This document shows, piece by piece, positions 36,301 to 45,446 of a stretch of DNA of 64,000 bases. How positions within the stretch are numbered: the stretch's first letter is position 1; each line of letters begins with the position of its first letter. Origin of the DNA: an uncultured Acidobacteriota bacterium (lineage in GTDB: Bacteria > Acidobacteriota > Terriglobia > Terriglobales > Acidobacteriaceae); the NCBI GenBank assembly GCA_963837365.1, contig CAWIMW010000007.1, positions 70,478-134,477 of the forward strand. The letters run 5' to 3'. Below the pieces are notes generated by a model. It saw only the letters and a list, made by a program, of their open reading frames with translations. It had not been told where the DNA came from and did not search any database. The translations under genes and the position numbers were made by a program.

Positions 36301-38610
36301 ATGCCGGTCACCAAGCAGCAAGTGCTGGACTATCACTTTGGAGCTCGTCCAGGAAAAATTGAAGTCTCCGCCACCAAGCCTTGTCGCACGCAACGCGATC
36401 TGAGTCTGGCCTACACCCCCGGAGTTGCCCATCCCTGCTTAGAGATCCAAAAAAATCCCCACGATGTTTTCAAATACACAGCCCGCGGCAATCTGGTGGC
36501 AGTAGTCACCAATGGCACCGCCGTCCTCGGCCTAGGTGATATCGGGGCGCTTGCCGGCAAGCCGGTGATGGAAGGCAAAGCCGTATTGTTCAAACGCTTC
36601 GCCGACGTGGATGTTTTTGACATCGAACTCAACACCCACGATCCCGACGAAATCATCAAGGTCTGCCAACTGCTGGAGCCCACCTTCGGCGGCATCAATC
36701 TGGAAGACATCAAAGCCCCCGAGTGTTTCTACATTGAAGAGATGCTCAGGAAGACCATGAAAATTCCCGTCTTCCACGACGACCAGCATGGCACGGCCAT
36801 CATCTCCGGAGCAGCCTTGCTGAACGCGCTAGAAGTCGCAGGCAAGGACATCAGCCGAGTACGTGTGGTCTTCAACGGCGCCGGCGCGGCGGGCATTGCC
36901 TGCGCCCAGCATTATGTTCGCCTGGGTGTGAAGCGGGAGAACATCATTCTCTGCGACACCAAAGGTGTGATCTACAAAGGCCGCGAAGAAGGCATGAACC
37001 GCCACAAAGAGCACTTTGCCGTGGACACCAACTTGCGCACTCTGTCGGACGCGATGCAGGGAGCCGATGTATTCGTGGGCTGTTCCGTCAAGGGAGCGGT
37101 CACTGGCAAAATGGTGCAGTCCATGGCGGTTCGCCCCATCGTGTTCGCCATGGCTAATCCCGATCCGGAAATTACCTACGATGAAGCCAAGGCGAGCAGA
37201 AATGATGTCATCGCCGCCACCGGCCGCTCCGACTTTCCCAATCAGGTCAACAACATTCTTGGATTCCCCTTCATCTTCCGTGGAGCTCTCGACGTTCGCG
37301 CCACCGCCATCAACGAAGAAATGAAGCTAGCCGCGACTAAAGCTTTGGCCGCTCTGGCCAAAGAGGATGTGCCGGATTCCGTCTGCCGCGCTTACGGAGT
37401 CGATCGTTTCGGCTTCGGCGCCGACTATCTGATTCCTAAACCGTTCGATCCCCGCGTGCTGGTGTGGGAAGCCTCGGCGGTCGCGTTGGCCGCGATGAAG
37501 AGTGGAGTCGCGCAGGAGCCGGTTGACATCGACTCCTATTCCGAAGATCTGGAACGCCGCTTGGGCAAGGCGCACGAGATCTCGCGAGTCATGATTCACA
37601 AGGCGAAGGCCAAGCCAAAGCAGGTTGTTTTCCCCGAAGGAGACCACGACAAAATCCTGCGCGCGGCGCATTGCCTGATCGAAGAAGGAATTGCGATCCC
37701 AGTATTGCTAGGCGATCCCACCACTATTTACAACCGCGCCGCTGTGCTCGGCCTGACACTCGGCGAGCTGCGAATCATCAATCCCGCCACCACCCTGACT
37801 CGCGAAAATTACGTCCAGGAACTGTTTCGCTTACGGCAACGCCGGGGCGTGACCCTGTCCGAAGCGCGGATCCTGCTCAAAGATCGCAACATCTTCGCTT
37901 CCATGATGGTCCACATGGGCGACGCCGATGCGCTGGTTGCAGGCGTCACCCAGCATTTTCCCGAGACCATCCGTCCTGCCCTGCAAATCGTGCGCATGCG
38001 GGAAGGCCTGCACCGCGTTTCCGGCTGTTACCCCATCGTCACCCGTGCCGGCGATCTGTATTTCCTCGCAGACACCAGTGTGAACATTGATCCCACCGCC
38101 GAAGAGCTGGTGGAAATTGCCCTCTGCACCGCAGAAACCGCGCGCCGCTTCGACGTAGTACCGCGCGTGGCCATGCTCTCGTTCTCCAGCTTCGGCAGCG
38201 CACCGCATCCGGCCAGCGACAAGATCCGCAAAGCCGTAGATCTGCTGCACCAAGCTGACCCGACGCTGATCGTGGACGGCGAAATCATGGCCGACGCCGC
38301 CGTCTCTCCTGAGATGCTGGAGCAGTTGTACCCGTTCAGCACACTAAAGGGCGGAGCCAACGTGCTGATATTCCCCGATCTCAACTCGGCGAATATTGCC
38401 TGCAAGCTGCTATCGAAGATCGGGGGTACGGAAACCCTGGGGCCGATCCTGATGGGAATGAGCAAGCCCGTGCACCTGGTGTTGCGCAATTCTGAAGTAG
38501 AAGAGATCGTGAGCGCCGCCGCCATCGCGGTGGTAGACGCTCAAGAGTTGGAAGCCTCGGCGCCGCTGCCGACCAAAGAAGTGCGCGTCCCGCTGGCAGT
38601 AGAGCGCTAG
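36301..38610 (+). CDS. maeB: NADP-dependent malic enzyme (malic enzyme + PTA-like C-terminal domain)
   Basis: [34 protein letters not shown] and FHDDQHGTA motifs are present, with a ~330-aa phosphate-acetyltransferase-like tail. AGGAGG SD. Confidence 0.9.
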   Translation: MPVTKQQVLDYHFGARPGKIEVSATKPCRTQRDLSLAYTPGVAHPCLEIQKNPHDVFKYTARGNLVAVVTNGTAVLGLGDIGALAGKPVMEGKAVLFKRFADVDVFDIELNTHDPDEIIKVCQLLEPTFGGINLEDIKAPECFYIEEMLRKTMKIPVFHDDQHGTAIISGAALLNALEVAGKDISRVRVVFNGAGAAGIACAQHYVRLGVKRENIILCDTKGVIYKGREEGMNRHKEHFAVDTNLRTLSDAMQGADVFVGCSVKGAVTGKMVQSMAVRPIVFAMANPDPEITYDEAKASRNDVIAATGRSDFPNQVNNILGFPFIFRGALDVRATAINEEMKLAATKALAALAKEDVPDSVCRAYGVDRFGFGADYLIPKPFDPRVLVWEASAVALAAMKSGVAQEPVDIDSYSEDLERRLGKAHEISRVMIHKAKAKPKQVVFPEGDHDKILRAAHCLIEEGIAIPVLLGDPTTIYNRAAVLGLTLGELRIINPATTLTRENYVQELFRLRQRRGVTLSEARILLKDRNIFASMMVHMGDADALVAGVTQHFPETIRPALQIVRMREGLHRVSGCYPIVTRAGDLYFLADTSVNIDPTAEELVEIALCTAETARRFDVVPRVAMLSFSSFGSAPHPASDKIRKAVDLLHQADPTLIVDGEIMADAAVSPEMLEQLYPFSTLKGGANVLIFPDLNSANIACKLLSKIGGTETLGPILMGMSKPVHLVLRNSEVEEIVSAAAIAVVDAQELEASAPLPTKEVRVPLAVER

Positions 38611-38846
38611 CTGTGCACGTAAACTAGAGATATTCTCCACCCTGTTTCATTCAGGGCATATCGTAGTTCTGCGTGATCAAAGTCACCCAGCCTCCCGGTC
38701 CGGGGTGCATGTCTGCAATCACTCCGGCGCGTGACCCCAGACACAGCGCAAAAGTTCCCCAGGCGAAAGAATAACTTTCGTACGAGACGGCGTGTTAGGC
38801 CTCGGACACCGGTGGCAACAAAAGGCCTGAACGCGGGAGGTGAGGT

Positions 38847-39401
38847 ATGACCGTCCCAATCCTTCTCGCTATTGCGGTTGTCGCAATCGCACTTGGACTG
38901 CTGGTATTTCGCTCCATCCCTATGCTGCGTGCGTATTTCACTTATCGCGGCAAGCGCCTGGTGACCTGTCCCGAGACCCACAAAACAGTGGCCGTCGACG
39001 TGGCCGCCAAAAAAGCAGCTCTGACCGCCTTCCTCGGCGATGAACAGTTACGCTTGGACCGCTGCTCAAGATGGCCGGAGCATGAAGACTGCGGCCAGGA
39101 GTGCTTGCAGCAGGTGGAAACCGATCCCGAAAATTGCCTGGTGTGGAAAATTGTTTCCGACTGGTACGACGGGAAAAACTGCGCCATCTGCCACAAACAT
39201 TTCGGCCCCCTGAAGCACCTGGATCATGCACCCGCGCTGATGACTCCGGAGCACGTCACCACAGAGTGGGAAGATTTTCGTCCCGAACAGCTCCCCGAAG
39301 TTTTCGCCACTCACTCGCCGGTATGCTGGGACTGCCACGTCGCTGAAACCTTCCGCCGAGTTCATCCGGAACTGGTCGTATACAGGGGAAAAAGCGCGTA
39401 G
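38847..39401 (+). CDS. Membrane-anchored Cys-rich protein, hypothetical
   Basis: One N-terminal TM (VPILLAIAVVAIALGLLVF), then 11 Cys by my count, including CAIC and CWDC pairs. GGGAGGTGAGG SD. Confidence 0.5.
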   Translation: MTVPILLAIAVVAIALGLLVFRSIPMLRAYFTYRGKRLVTCPETHKTVAVDVAAKKAALTAFLGDEQLRLDRCSRWPEHEDCGQECLQQVETDPENCLVWKIVSDWYDGKNCAICHKHFGPLKHLDHAPALMTPEHVTTEWEDFRPEQLPEVFATHSPVCWDCHVAETFRRVHPELVVYRGKSA

Positions 39402-39577
39402 CGGAATGTAGTCCGGCATGCGGTTTGTATCAGGGCATCGGCTTCAGCCATGCCCTTAAGATTCCAAAACGGAGTTCCGCGCCGGTACCGCGCAACTACC
39501 AATCGCCCGACACTTTTCTGACAGCTCTCGATCTATACACGGCATGGTCAAAAACCGATGCCCTGACCCAAATGACA

Positions 39578-39605
39578 AGAAAAAGGCGCCGGTCGCCCGG
39601 CGCCT
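39578..39605 (-). terminator. Rho-independent terminator of the AAA+ gene
   Basis: aggcgccgg (39584-39592) pairs with ccggcgcct (39597-39605). On the minus strand the hairpin is followed by TTTTT. Confidence 0.65.
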
Positions 39606-39626
39606 GGTTCACCTACCAGCAACTTG

Positions 39627-40847
39627 TTATTTCTCTGGCTGCACCGCTCCAATTTCCTTGCGGCTGGGACCAGGGATGGGCCGCGCCGTTTTGGCCGCTA
39701 GTGGAGCCACGCCTACTGCCGCCGCTCCGTAGCGTTCCAACAGCGCTGGAACCATGGCGCCTTCTGCTTCCTTCACGAAGGTCACCTGGTCGGCCATATC
39801 CAGATCGACACGGATGAAGTCTCCGAGTTTCACCTGGTTCGTCGCCACCAAATTAGCCAGCGGGAAAACCAAGTGACGCTCGATGGCACGCTTCAAATGC
39901 CGCGCACCATACTTCGGGTCAGTTCCTTCTTCCAACAGAAAGTTCTTAACCTTGGCAGTGCAGCTGAACACGAACTGATTGGCGGCAGACGCCATCAGAA
40001 TGCGCTGCTGCACCATGCCCAATTCAATTTCGAGAATCTGCCGTAGGTGCTCCGGACGCAGGGTCTTGAACACCACTGTCTTATCGATCCGGTTCATGAA
40101 CTCCGGCGTGAACTTGCGGCGTGCCGCTTCAACCGCGGTGCGCCCGATCTTATCGTCCAGCGCAGCATCTACTTCCACCTTTTCCGGAGCGAATCCCAGC
40201 TTGCCATTCACCAGGTTGGTCATCTCGCCGGCGCCCAGGTTCGAAGTCATGATGATGATGCACTGCGACATATCCACGCGGCGGTTATCGCCCAAAGTCA
40301 GCGTGGCTTTGTCCAGGATGCCCAACAGCAACTGCCACAACGAATCCGACGCCTTTTCAATTTCGTCGAACAGCAGAATCGAGAGCTTCAGTTTTTCGGT
40401 GTGCCATTGATTGAGGGCCTCCTGCGTCAGTAGCGGATGCGTCTCGCGGTGTCCCAAATATCCCGGAGGCGACCCGATCAACTTCGCAATCTCATGCGAG
40501 TGCTGGAACTCAGCGCAGTCAATCTTGATGCAGGCGCGCGCGTCCCCAAACAGTGCTTCTGACATGGCCTCAACCACCCGGGTCTTGCCCGAGCCTGTAG
40601 GCCCGAGAAAAAGCAGGTTGCCCACCGGGCGTCCGGGAGCATTCAGCCCAGCCAGGAACATCTGGTAGATTTCCACGACTTTTTCGACCGCCGCATCCTG
40701 CCCGACAATCCTGCGGCGCAGGGCACTCTCGAACTCTTTGGCGTCGTTACTGCGAAGGGTGGGATCGAGCACCGTATTGAGAACTGGCTTCATATGAGCT
40801 GGCCCTTTACCTCGGGGCTTGGCCTCTTCCTGGGGGAATGGTGTCAT
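39627..40847 (-). CDS. Stand-alone single-ring AAA+ ATPase related to the D2 module of ClpA/ClpB/ClpC
   Basis: RRRIVGQDAAVEKVVEIY...LFLGPTGSGKTRVVEAMSEALFG...IDCAEFQHSHEIAKLIGSPPGYLGH...ILLFDEIEKA...IIMTSNLG, plus a ClpB_D2-small-like region. No Clp_N, D1 or M-domain is present. An alternative ATG lies at 40793. Confidence 0.75.
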   Translation of the reverse strand: MTPFPQEEAKPRGKGPAHMKPVLNTVLDPTLRSNDAKEFESALRRRIVGQDAAVEKVVEIYQMFLAGLNAPGRPVGNLLFLGPTGSGKTRVVEAMSEALFGDARACIKIDCAEFQHSHEIAKLIGSPPGYLGHRETHPLLTQEALNQWHTEKLKLSILLFDEIEKASDSLWQLLLGILDKATLTLGDNRRVDMSQCIIIMTSNLGAGEMTNLVNGKLGFAPEKVEVDAALDDKIGRTAVEAARRKFTPEFMNRIDKTVVFKTLRPEHLRQILEIELGMVQQRILMASAANQFVFSCTAKVKNFLLEEGTDPKYGARHLKRAIERHLVFPLANLVATNQVKLGDFIRVDLDMADQVTFVKEAEGAMVPALLERYGAAAVGVAPLAAKTARPIPGPSRKEIGAVQPEK

Positions 40848-41163
40848 CTACTCGTTTCAATTTGGGAGACATATTCTGTCATCCCGCAGTTCGTTTGGCT
40901 ACGGTCTTTTGTGCAAACGACACGCCATCCCCGGTGTCCAGCCATGCCTTGCTTACTCAATAACTTAGATGCCCAAGCAGGGGCCAAGGAGCCAATGACG
41001 TTCCACACTCATGCGGCGGATAGGAAAACATTTGCGCATCTTGGGAGGGCAGCCCTGGCCCAACCCTCCCGAATTGGACACGGGTCGTTGTTCCGACGTA
41101 ACTGGCGGGGAATATTACTGCCGGGTAGCATCCGGATGAGATATCGTATTCAAGGAGAACGAC

Positions 41164-42627
41164 TTGCGCCACTCTCGTCCTACTCACACCGCGGCTCTTG
41201 TTTGCCTGGCTTGGGCTTCTTTTATTTACGCCGCGTTTGCTGTCGATCAGGCTGGGCAGACTGCACACACTGCACAAATAGTAAAAGTCACCAAGACCTC
41301 GACTGCAAAAGCGGAGGCTCCAGCAGCGCAGATTGCGCAGAAAGTTGCTCCGGCAGGAAGCGCAATGTACGTCGCGAAGCGTGGCGAGAGCGTGATTTCC
41401 GTGGCCCGGCAATTTCTTCCACGGACCTCGTATTTAACGTCCTCCGAAGTGGCCGATGCAATTCGCAGCGCCAACGACGATGTGCACGGGACTTTTCTCA
41501 AGCAGGGACAAAATGTGATCGTTCCCGGAATCTTGCCGGCGCCAATCGTGGAGAAAAGCATTCCGGTCTCCAAAGATTTTGAAGTGCGTGCAATCTATTT
41601 GACCGGATTCATGGCGGCCAGCGATCATGGCATCGCTACGGTAAAGCGCTGGCGCGAAGTGGGCGGCAACTCGGTGGTGTTCGATATTAAAGACAGCGAT
41701 GGCAGCGTAAATATCCCGTTCGATCATCCGCTGTTGGGCAAACACAAGGTTGCTTTCCATGACCTGCCGAAATACATCCGCTTCCTGCATTCGCAAAACA
41801 TGCATGCCATCGCCCGCATCGCGATTTTCCGTGATGAGCGCCTGGTCCAGGAACACCCGGAATTGGCCGTGCAGTCGCGCAAGAACAACATCGCGTGGCG
41901 CGAAAACGGAAAACTAGTTTGGACGGACCCATCGAACCCAAAAATTCAGGACTACAACATTGCCCTGGCGAAAGCCGCAGCCGCCGCCGGCGTGGACGAA
42001 GTGCAGTTCGATTACGTGCGCTTCCCCGCCGAAGGCGACCAGAAAGACGCAAAGTTCGTTTTCCAGGCCGAGCATCCCGCCTGGCAGCGTCCGGATGTGA
42101 TTGCAGATTTTGTGAAGAAAGCGCATGAAGCTTTGCAGCCATCCGGCGTGCTGCTTTCACTCGATGTATTCGGGGTGATGGCGTGGCAGCGTTCGGTGGA
42201 CCTGAATCACACCGGGCAGGACATCGTTCGCATGGCGAAATATTGCGATGTGCTTTCCCCCATGATCTATCCTTCGCATTTCTTCGGCATGGACAACATC
42301 GCCCGCCCCGGAGATGAACCGGAGCATTTCATCGGAATTTCCATGGACCGCTTCGAAAAAATCACCCAGGGCAGCGGAGTGGTAATTCGCCCTTGGCTGC
42401 AAGCCTTCCACTGGCGTACCAGGACCTATTCACCTGAATACATCAAGATTCAGGTCTTGACCGCCAAGAACAAAGGCGGGATCGGCTTCTTGTTCTGGAA
42501 TGCGGCCAATAACTACAGCAAGCCGTATGCCGCCATGCCGGCGATGCGAGCAGACAAAGGTAAGTACTTTCGCGGCGATGAGCTTCCATCTGTAACCCAA
42601 GCCAGCCTAAGCGGTGGCACCAAATAA
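41164..42627 (+). CDS. Secreted LysM-like + DUF4015 putative glycoside hydrolase
   Basis: TTG start at 41164 with an AAGGAG SD. Signal peptide. A LysM-like segment YVAKRGESVISVARQF...KQGQNVIVPG. A DUF4015-like core IYLTGFMAA...VVFDIKDSDG...DEVQFDYVRFP. Confidence 0.7.
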   Translation: MRHSRPTHTAALVCLAWASFIYAAFAVDQAGQTAHTAQIVKVTKTSTAKAEAPAAQIAQKVAPAGSAMYVAKRGESVISVARQFLPRTSYLTSSEVADAIRSANDDVHGTFLKQGQNVIVPGILPAPIVEKSIPVSKDFEVRAIYLTGFMAASDHGIATVKRWREVGGNSVVFDIKDSDGSVNIPFDHPLLGKHKVAFHDLPKYIRFLHSQNMHAIARIAIFRDERLVQEHPELAVQSRKNNIAWRENGKLVWTDPSNPKIQDYNIALAKAAAAAGVDEVQFDYVRFPAEGDQKDAKFVFQAEHPAWQRPDVIADFVKKAHEALQPSGVLLSLDVFGVMAWQRSVDLNHTGQDIVRMAKYCDVLSPMIYPSHFFGMDNIARPGDEPEHFIGISMDRFEKITQGSGVVIRPWLQAFHWRTRTYSPEYIKIQVLTAKNKGGIGFLFWNAANNYSKPYAAMPAMRADKGKYFRGDELPSVTQASLSGGTK

Positions 42628-42747
42628 GCGTTCCGTCGCGCCTTTTGCCGTAACGTAGGAAAGAAATCCAGATTCAGACGGCAATAATCCGGCCGTGCGT
42701 CTCCCTCTGCCGCACGGCCGGATTCTCGAAAGACCTTCGCCCAATCG

Positions 42748-43386
42748 CTATTCGAAGAACACGCTCAACGGTGTATTCACTGTAATACGCTTTGCCTTGA
42801 TCTCGCCGATGATGTGCGGCCCTATGTTTCCCGACGGATCCGTGGCATCGAGAATGAACGACCCCGAGTATTCGTTTCCATCCCGGCTCAAGGTGACGTT
42901 TTCCTGAATGTGTGTGGGACCGGCGGGATTGCCGATTCCTGAGGGAGCATTGCTGGGATCATTCCCCAAGGCGAAGTGATTCAGTTTGTATTTGTTGAAA
43001 CCCACCCGCTCCCATACACCCAGGCAGAAGTTGCCGTCCTGCGCGGGACGGCCGGAGTTCATGATTTCCGTGCCATCCGCATGCCACTGCACGATCGCAG
43101 AATCAATCACAGCTCCGTCCGGCGGCGCGTCAGGGCCGGTATTGCCCTTGGCAAGGAACACCACCTTCCACATTCCAACGATGGGATCGTCAAAGGTGTA
43201 AGGATAGTGGGCCATCACCAGGGATCCAGCCCCGTAACCGTTTGAACCACTCCAGGACTGGCGATGCAAAGCGCCACGCCGGGCGGCTTGCGCGCTTCCG
43301 CATTCGGCGCTGGCACTGGTGGCCAACATGGTCCCGATCAGAATGATTCCCATTGCCGCGGCAAATCTCTTCAATGCTGTTTTCAT
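42748..43386 (-). CDS. Small secreted protein, paralog of 33651..34202
   Basis: ATG 43386 with a GGGGGAGGA SD. Signal peptide MKTALKRFAAAMGIILIGTMLATSASA. It shares the blocks IVGMWKV, GVWERVGFNKY and IQENVTLSRDGNEYS with the protein at 33651..34202. Confidence 0.55.
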   Translation of the reverse strand: MKTALKRFAAAMGIILIGTMLATSASAECGSAQAARRGALHRQSWSGSNGYGAGSLVMAHYPYTFDDPIVGMWKVVFLAKGNTGPDAPPDGAVIDSAIVQWHADGTEIMNSGRPAQDGNFCLGVWERVGFNKYKLNHFALGNDPSNAPSGIGNPAGPTHIQENVTLSRDGNEYSGSFILDATDPSGNIGPHIIGEIKAKRITVNTPLSVFFE

Positions 43387-43505
43387 GTATTTTTCCTCCC
43401 CCAAAATTTCGCACTTGCGGGCGCAATCCTGCCCTGCCGGTTACCTCCGCGCAATGAATGGGAGATAAAGCTTGGGTGAAGAATGGGTGAACCCGTAAGT
43501 TGTTG

Positions 43506-45437
43506 ATGGGCCATGACGTTTGCCACAAGTCGCTGTCGGGGTGCTATAGTTTTGGCCCGGTTCGACTACGTGCTGTGATCGCTTCTCCCTACCAATTCGG
43601 TGAATTTGAGCTGGATTGCGCCCGCTATGAGCTGCGGCGTAACGGCCAGCCCCTCAAGCTTGAGCGCATCCCCATGGATTTGCTCATCCTGCTGATCGAG
43701 AAGGATGGCAACGTGGTGGCGCGGCAAGAGATCATCGAGCGGCTTTGGGGCAAAGATGTTTTTGTGGATACCGAGCACGGGATCAATACCGCGATCCGCA
43801 AGATCCGCATGGTATTGAAAGACGATCCCGAACAGCCACGTTACATTCAGACCGTAACCGGAAAAGGCTACCGGTTTGTCGCCGATCGCAAAAACGGGCA
43901 GCCTTCAGCTCACCCGGCAATACAAGCGGCGGCCACTCCCTCGGCGCAGGTTCCCATACCAGCCACGCCACGCCGCTGGTGGCCTGTAGCCTCCGCAGTT
44001 TTAGGACTAGGTCTGATTGCGGCTGCACTGTTGACCTTCAATGCAGGCGGACTTCGAATTCGCCTGTTTGAACACCCAGCGCAAATTCGCTCCATTGCGG
44101 TTCTCCCACTGAGCAATCTTTCCGGCGATCCCCAGCAGGACTACTTCGCCGATGGCATGACTGATGAACTCATCACCATGCTGGCCAAAAATACTTCTCT
44201 GCGCGTGGTCTCGCGCACTTCCGCCATGCGCTTTAAAGGTGTCCAGAAACCTGTGGGGGAGATTGCGCGCGAACTGGGGGTCGACGGCATCCTCGAAGGA
44301 TCGGTGGAAAAATCCGGGAATCGCGTGCATATGACCGTGCAGCTGATCCATGCGCCCAGCGATACCCACATCTGGGCGGAGAGTTACGACCGCGATTTCA
44401 CGGATGCCCTGTCCCTTCCGTCGGAATTGTCCCAGGCTGTGGCTAAACAAATTAATGCGGTTATCTCTCCCAGCCACCGCAAAATAGAAGTCAATGCCGG
44501 AGCTTACGACGCCTATTTGCGTGGACGATATTTCTGGTTCCAGAACAATTTGGACCGCAGCCTGGAAAATTTTCGGAAAGCCATCCAGATCCAGCCGAAT
44601 TATGCTGCGGCCTGGAGCGGCCTCTGCGATGCTTACGTCGTAAAAGCGGTGGACATGGAAGCCCCGGCAAAAGATGTGATGGCACCGGCCGCTGAAGCCT
44701 GCCATAGAGGCGTAGAGCTGGATGATTCGTTGGCCGAGGCCCACAGTTCACTGGCGGGTTTGTACCTGTTTGGCGACTGGGACCCGAGGCGCGCGGATGA
44801 AGAGGTACTTCGCTCTCTTGCATTGGATCCCAATCGCGCCGAGACCCATCACCTGCGGGCGTACATCCTGTTGGCGCTCAATCGCGGGCAGGAGTCCATA
44901 GAGGAGCAAAAACGCTCCACCGAACTGGATCCGTTTGCACGCCCCTGGGCCCTCGGTAAGGTATACATGCAGCAACGCCAATTCGATGCGGCCCTGAGCG
45001 AATTACGTGTGCGCGCAGAAGCCCAGCCGCAAGATCTCATCACCCTTTACATGCTCTATCAGGCCTACGGTCATAAGGGAATGCCAAACCAAGAGCTACA
45101 GGTAATGAAACAGCTTTCGGCATTGATCGGCGGTACAAAAGGGGTGGATGAAGTGCAACGCGCTTTTGGCAAAGGCGGTCTGAAAGCTGTCGCCGATTTG
45201 AGGCTCAATAAGCTGAAGGCCCGTGCCCGTACCGCATACATTTCGCCGATGAACTTGGCGATGGTGAGCGCCGCGGCTGAGCGTAAAGAGGAGGCATTGA
45301 AATATCTTGAAGAGGCCTACGCAGAACGCTCCCCGTGGCTGATACTGGTGCAGGGAGAGCCGGGCTTTGACTTCCTGCATTCCGACGAGCGCTATCGGGT
45401 GCTTATCAGGAAAATAGGCTTGCCGGAGACCAACTGA
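43506..45437 (+). CDS. CadC/OmpR-type winged-helix DNA-binding + TPR regulator (intact paralog)
   Basis: YQFGEFELDCARYELRRNGQPLKLERIPMDLLILLIE...IQTVTGKGYRFVA (trans_reg_C), one TM segment, a TolB-N-like region and TPRs. The start is uncertain: ATG 43506, or GTG 43575 by analogy with the paralog N-terminus. Confidence 0.8.
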   Translation: MGHDVCHKSLSGCYSFGPVRLRAVIASPYQFGEFELDCARYELRRNGQPLKLERIPMDLLILLIEKDGNVVARQEIIERLWGKDVFVDTEHGINTAIRKIRMVLKDDPEQPRYIQTVTGKGYRFVADRKNGQPSAHPAIQAAATPSAQVPIPATPRRWWPVASAVLGLGLIAAALLTFNAGGLRIRLFEHPAQIRSIAVLPLSNLSGDPQQDYFADGMTDELITMLAKNTSLRVVSRTSAMRFKGVQKPVGEIARELGVDGILEGSVEKSGNRVHMTVQLIHAPSDTHIWAESYDRDFTDALSLPSELSQAVAKQINAVISPSHRKIEVNAGAYDAYLRGRYFWFQNNLDRSLENFRKAIQIQPNYAAAWSGLCDAYVVKAVDMEAPAKDVMAPAAEACHRGVELDDSLAEAHSSLAGLYLFGDWDPRRADEEVLRSLALDPNRAETHHLRAYILLALNRGQESIEEQKRSTELDPFARPWALGKVYMQQRQFDAALSELRVRAEAQPQDLITLYMLYQAYGHKGMPNQELQVMKQLSALIGGTKGVDEVQRAFGKGGLKAVADLRLNKLKARARTAYISPMNLAMVSAAAERKEEALKYLEEAYAERSPWLILVQGEPGFDFLHSDERYRVLIRKIGLPETN

Positions 45438-45446
45438 TTTGCCCCA

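Noticed and set aside
40794-41582. A 262-aa plus-strand ORF spanning the AAA+ / LysM-DUF4015 divergent region.
   Set aside because: It has a low-complexity, Cys/Arg-rich translation and overlaps the well-supported start of the 41164 gene in another frame. It has no SD and no family resemblance.
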